From the NCBI GenBank assembly GCA_964057225.1, contig CAXKVF010000076.1, positions 745,765 through 809,764 of the forward strand: 64,000 nt of DNA, written 5' to 3'. Shown in pieces: positions 58,401 to 64,000 of the stretch; the stretch's first letter is position 1; every line of letters starts with the position of its first letter. Source of the DNA: Auanema rhodensis (Eukaryota > Animalia > Nematoda). The notes under the pieces are model-generated. The model was given only the letters and a program-made list of their open reading frames with translations. It was not told the DNA's origin and did not search any database. Position numbers and translations under genes: made by a program.

Positions 58401-60720
58401 GAGTTACATACCAAGTGCACATCACGTGTACATTTAATTAGCATAAATTAAAGTTCACGTAAATTTCAAAGTCATGGTTACCATGAACCAATATCAATAA
58501 AAATTTGTTTTTAGACTAATATGGACATGGGGAATCTAATTTTGAAAACCGCATCTCTTTATCTTTCACGTGAAGCGAGTTACATACCAAGTGCACATCA
58601 CGTGTACATTTAATTAGCATAAATTAAAGTTCACGTAAATTTCAAAGTCATGGTTACCATGAACCAATATCAATAAAAATTTGTTTTTAGACTAATATGG
58701 ACATGGGGAATCTAATTTTGAAAACCGCATCTCTTTATCTTTCACGTGAAGCGAGTTACATACCAAGTGCACATCACGTGTACATTTAATTAGCATAAAT
58801 TAAAGTTCACGTAAATTTCAAAGTCATGGTTACCATGAACCAATATCAATAAAAATTTGTTTTTAGACTAATATGGACATGGGAAATCTAATTTTAAAAA
58901 CCGCATTTCTTTATCTTTCACGTGAAGCGAGTTACATACCAAGTGCACATCACGTGTACATTTAATTAGCATAAATTAAAGTTCACGTAAATTTCAAAGT
59001 CATGGTTACCATGAAGCAATATCAATAAAAATTTGTTTTTAGACTAATATGGACATGGGGAATCTAATTTGAAAACCGCATCTCTTTATCTTTCACGTGA
59101 AGCGAGTTACATACCAAGTGCACATCACGTGTACATTTAATTAGCATAAATTAAAGTTCACGTAAATTTCAAAGTCATGGTTACCATGAACCAATATCAA
59201 TAAAAATTTGTTTTTAGACTAATATGGACATGGGGAATCTAATTTTGAAAACCGCATTTCTTTATCTCTCACGTGAAGCGAGTTACATACCAAGTGCACA
59301 TCACGTGTACATTTAATTAGCATAAATTAAAGTTCACGTAAATTTCAAAGTCATGGTTACCATGAAGCAATATCAATAAAAATTTGTTTTTAGACTAATA
59401 TGGACATGGGGAATCTAATTTTGAAAACCGCATCTCTTTATCTTTCACGTGAAGCGAGTTACATACCAAGTGCACATCACGTGTACATTTAATTAGCATA
59501 AATTAAAGTTCACGTAAATTTCAAAGTCATGGTTACCATGAACCAATATCAATAAAAATTTGTTTTTAGACTAATATGGACATGGGGAATCTAATTTTGA
59601 AAACCGCATCTCTTTATCTTTCACGTGAAGCGAGTTACATACCAAGTGCACATCACGTGTACATTTAAATAGCATAAATTAAAGTTCACGTAAATTTCAA
59701 AGTCATGGTTACCATGAACCAATATCAATAAAAATTTGTTTTTAGACTAATATGGACATGGGGAATCTAATTTTGAAAACCGCATCTCTTTATCTTTCAC
59801 GTGAAGCGAGTTACATACCAAGTGCACATCACGTGTACATTTAATTAGCATAAATTAAAGTTCACGTAAATTTCAAAGTCATGGTTACCATGAACCAATA
59901 TCAATAAAAATTTGTTTTTAGACTAATATGGACATGGGGAATCTAATTTTGAAAACCGCATCTCTTTATCTTTCACGTGAAGCGAGTTACATACCAAGTG
60001 CACATCACGTGTACATTTAATTAGCATAAATTAAAGTTCACGTAAATTTCAAAGTCATGGTTACCATGAACCAATATCAATAAAAATTTGTTTTTAGACT
60101 AATATGGACATGGGGAATCTAATTTTGAAAACCGCATCTCTTTATCTTTCACGTGAAGCGAGTTACATACCAAGTGCACATCACGTGTACATTTAATTAG
60201 CATAAATTAAAGTTCACGTAAATTTCAAAGTCATGGTTACCATGAACCAATATCAATAAAAATTTGTTTTTAGACTAATATGGACATGGGAAATCTAATT
60301 TTGAAAACCGCATTTCTTTATCTTTCACGTGAAGCGAGTTACATACCAAGTGCACATCACGTGTACATTTAATTAGCATAAATTAAAGTTCACGTAAATT
60401 TCAAAGTCATGGTTACCATGAAGCAATATCAATAAAAATTTGTTTTTAGACTAATATGGACATGGGGAATCTAATTTTGAAAACCGCATCTCTTTATCTT
60501 TCACGTGAAGCGAGTTACATACCAAGTGCACATCACGTGTACATTTAATTAGCATAAATTAAAGTTCACGTAAAATTCAAAGTCATGGTTACCATGCACC
60601 AATATCAATAAAAATTTGTTTTTAGACTAATATGGACATGGGGAATCTAATTTTGAAAACCGCATTTCTTTATCTTTCACGTGAAGCGAGTTACATACCA
60701 AGTGCACATCACGTGTACAT

Positions 60721-60760
60721 TTAATTAGCATAAATTATAGCAATAGACATGGGGAATCTA
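60721..60760 (-). other. 111-bp monomer: 73-bp deletion with 8-bp insertion TAGCAATA
   Basis: The junction reads TAAATTA|TAGCAATA|GACATGGGG. Consecutive GACATGGGG motifs at 60635 and 60746 are 111 bp apart. Confidence 0.93.
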
Positions 60761-63700
60761 ATTTTGAAAACCGCATCTCTTTATCTTTCACGTGAAGCGA
60801 GTTACATACCAAGTGCACATCACGTGTACATTTAATTAGCATAAATTAAAGTTCACGTAAATTTCAAAGTCATGGTTACCATGAACCAATATCAATAAAA
60901 ATTTGTTTTTAGACTAATATGGACATGGGAAATCTAATTTTGAAAACCGCATTTCTTTATCTTTCACGTGAAGCGAGTTACATACCAAGTGCACATCACG
61001 TGTACATTTAATTAGCATAAATTAAAGTTCACGTAAATTTCAAAGTCATGGTTACCATGAAGCAATATCAATAAAAATTTGTTTTTAGACTAATATGGAC
61101 ATGGGGAATCTAATTTTGAAAACCGCATCTCTTTATCTTTCACGTGAAGCGAGTTACATACCAAGTGCACATCACGTGTACATTTAATTAGCATAAATTA
61201 AAGTTCACGTAAATTTCAAAGTCATGGTTACCATGAACAAATATCAATAAAAATTTGTTTTTAGACTAATATGGACATGGGGAATCTAATTTGAAAACCG
61301 CATCTCTTTATCTTTCACGTGAAGTGAGTTACATACCAAGTGCACATCACGTGTACATTTAATTAGCATAAATTAAAGTTCACGTAAATTTCAAAGTCAT
61401 GGTTACCATGAACCAATATCAATAAAAATTTGTTTTTAGACTAATGTGGACATGGGGAATCTAATTTTGAAAACCGCATCTCTTTATCTTTCACGTGAAG
61501 CGAGTTACATACCAAGTGCACATCACGTGTACATTTAATTAGCATAAATTAAAGTTCACGTAAATTTCAAAGTCATGGTTACCATGAAGCAATATCAATA
61601 AAAATTTGTTTTTAGACTAATATGGACATGGGGAATCTAATTTTGAAAACCGCATCTCTTTATCTTTCACGTGAAGCGAGTTACATACCAAGTGCACATC
61701 ACGTGTACATTTAATTAGCATAAATTAAAGTTCACGTAAATTTCAAAGTCATGGTTACCATGAACCAATATCAATAAAAATTTGTTTTTAGACTAATATG
61801 GACATGGGGAATCTAATTTTGAAAACCGCATCTCTTTATCTTTCACGTGAAGCGAGTTACATACCAAGTGCACATCACGTGTACATTTAATTAGCATAAA
61901 TTAAAGTTCACGTAAATTTCAAAGTCATGGTTACCATGCACCAATATCAATAAAAATTTGTTTTTAGACTAATATGGACATGGGGAATCTAATTTTGAAA
62001 ACCGCATCTCTTTATCTTTCACGTGAAGCGAGTTACATACCAAGTGCACATCACGTGTACATTTAATTAGCATAAATTAAAGTTCACGTAAATTTCAAAG
62101 TCATGGTTACCATGAACCAATATCAATAAAAATTTGTTTTTAGACTAATATGGACATGGGGAATCTAATTTTGAAAACCGCATCTCTTTATCTTTCACGT
62201 GAAGCGAGTTACATACCAAGTGCACATCACGTGTACATTTAATTAGCATAAATTAAAGTTCACGTAAATTTCAAAGTCATGGTTACCATGAACCAATATC
62301 AATAAAAATTTGTTTTTAGACTAATATGGACATGGGGAATCTAATTTTGAAAACCGCATCTCTTTATCTTTCACGTGAAGCGAGTTACATACCAAGTGCA
62401 CATCACGTGTACATTTAATTAGCATAAATTAAAGTTCACGTAAATTTCAAAGTCATGGTTACCATGAACCAATATCAATAAAAATTTGTTTTTTAGACTA
62501 ATATGGACATGGGGAATCTAATTTGAAAACCGCATCTCTTTATCTTTCACGTGAAGCGAGTTACATACCAAGTGCACATCACGTGTACATTTAATTAGCA
62601 TAAATTAAAGTTCACGTAAATTTCAAAGTCATGGTTACCATGAACCAATATCAATAAAAATTTGTTTTTAGACTAATATGGACATGGGGAATCTAATTTT
62701 GAAAACCGCATCTCTTTATCTTTCACGTGAAGCGAGTTACATACCAAGTGCACATCACGTGTACATTTAATTAGCATAAATTAAAGTTCACGTAAATTTC
62801 AAAGTCATGGTTACCATGAACCAATATCAATAAAAATTTGTTTTTAGACTAATATGGACATGGGGAATCTAATTTTGAAAACCGCATCTCTTTATCTTTC
62901 ACGTGAAGCGAGTTACATACCAAGTGCACATCACGTGTACATTTAATTAGCATAAATTAAAGTTCACGTAAATTTCAAATTCATGGTTACCATGAACCAA
63001 TATCAATAAAAATTTGTTTTTAGACTAATATGGACATGGGGAATCTAATTTTGAAAACCGCATCTCTTTATCTTTCACGTGAAGCGAGTTACATACCAAG
63101 TGCACATCACGTGTACATTTAATTAGCATAAATTAAAGTTCACGTAAATTTCAAAGTCATGGTTACCATGAACCAATATCAATAAAAATTTGTTTTTAGA
63201 CTAATATGGACATGGGGAATCTAATTTTGAAAACCGCATCTCTTTATCTTTCACGTGAAGCGAGTTACATACCAAGTGCACATCACGTGTACATTTAATT
63301 AGCATAAATTAAAGTTCACGTAAATTTCAAAGTCATGGTTACCATGAACCAATATCAATAAAAATTTGTTTTTAGACTAATATGGACATGGGGAATCTAA
63401 TTTTGAAACCGCATCTCTTTATCTTTCACGTGAAGCGAGTTACATACCAAGTGCACATCACGTGTACATTTAATTAGCATAAATTAAAGTTCACGTAAAT
63501 TTCAAAGTCATGGTTACCATGAACCAATATCAATAAAAATTTGTTTTTAGACTAATATGGACATGGGAATCTAATTTTGAAAACCGCATCTCTTTATCTT
63601 TCACGTGAAGCGAGTTACATACCAAGTGCACATCACGTGTACATTTAATTAGCATAAATTAAAGTTCACGTAAATTTCAAAGTCATGGTTACCATGAACC

Positions 63701-64000
63701 AATATCAATAAAAATTTGTTTTTAGACTAATATGGACATGGGAATCTAATTTTGAAAACCGCATCTCTTTATCTTTCACGTGAAGCGAGTTACATACCAA
63801 GTGCACATCACGTGTACAATTTAATTAGCATAAATTAAAGTTCACGTAAATTTCAAAGTCATGGTTACCATGAACCAATATCAATAAAAATTTGTTTTTA
63901 GACTAATATGGACATGGGGAATCTAATTTTGAAAACCGCATCTCTTTATCTTTCACGTGAAGCGAGTTACATACCAAGTGCACATCACGTGTACATTTTT

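Larger units (their letters stand above)
3667..64000 (-). repeat. Same 176-bp satellite in reverse-complement orientation B (~343 monomers, open at the right edge); probable centromeric/pericentromeric satellite
   Basis: From 3667 the sequence is the reverse complement of the monomer (AGCATAAATTAAAGTTCACGTAAATTTCAAAGTCATGG...) with 176-bp period to the end. The centromeric role is inferred only from unit length, AT content and homogeneity. Confidence 0.98.

Noticed and set aside
1-64000. CRISPR array suggested by regularly spaced palindromes
   Set aside because: Intervening sequences are identical rather than unique spacers, the period is 176 bp, and there are no cas genes or leader.

Overview
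The whole 64-kb window is one AT-rich (~32% GC) tandem satellite array of about 364 near-identical 176-bp monomers. The consensus in the orientation of position 1 is TTTACGTGAACTTTAATTTATGCTAATTAAATGTACACGTGATGTGCACTTGGTATGTAACTCGCTTCACGTGAAAGATAAAGAGATGCGGTTTTCAAAATTAGATTCCCCATGTCCATATTAGTCTAAAAACAAATTTTTATTGATATTGGTTCATGGTAACCATGACTTTGAAA. I found no supportable genes, RNA genes, transposons, CRISPR spacers or unique sequence. Monomer length, homogeneity and dyad content fit a eukaryotic centromeric or pericentromeric satellite, but I cannot name the family or species. The information lies in the internal structure. (1) A strand switch at 3666/3667 whose arms mirror each other's rare SNPs, i.e. 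a fold-back inverted duplication. (2) A 39-bp-deleted 137-bp monomer present eight times, marking irregular 7-22-mer higher-order duplications. (3) Other multi-kb duplications traced by SNPs (13-, 19-, 21-, 14-, 6- and 4-mers). (4) A deletion with an 8-bp apparently templated insert at 60738. (5) An indel-rich, probably low-quality stretch at about 16.8-21.6 kb. (6) A palindrome and E-box-rich monomer with a degenerate CENP-B-box-like motif. I see no evidence for a novel gene-based system; the findings concern satellite architecture and evolution. All alignments were done by eye.
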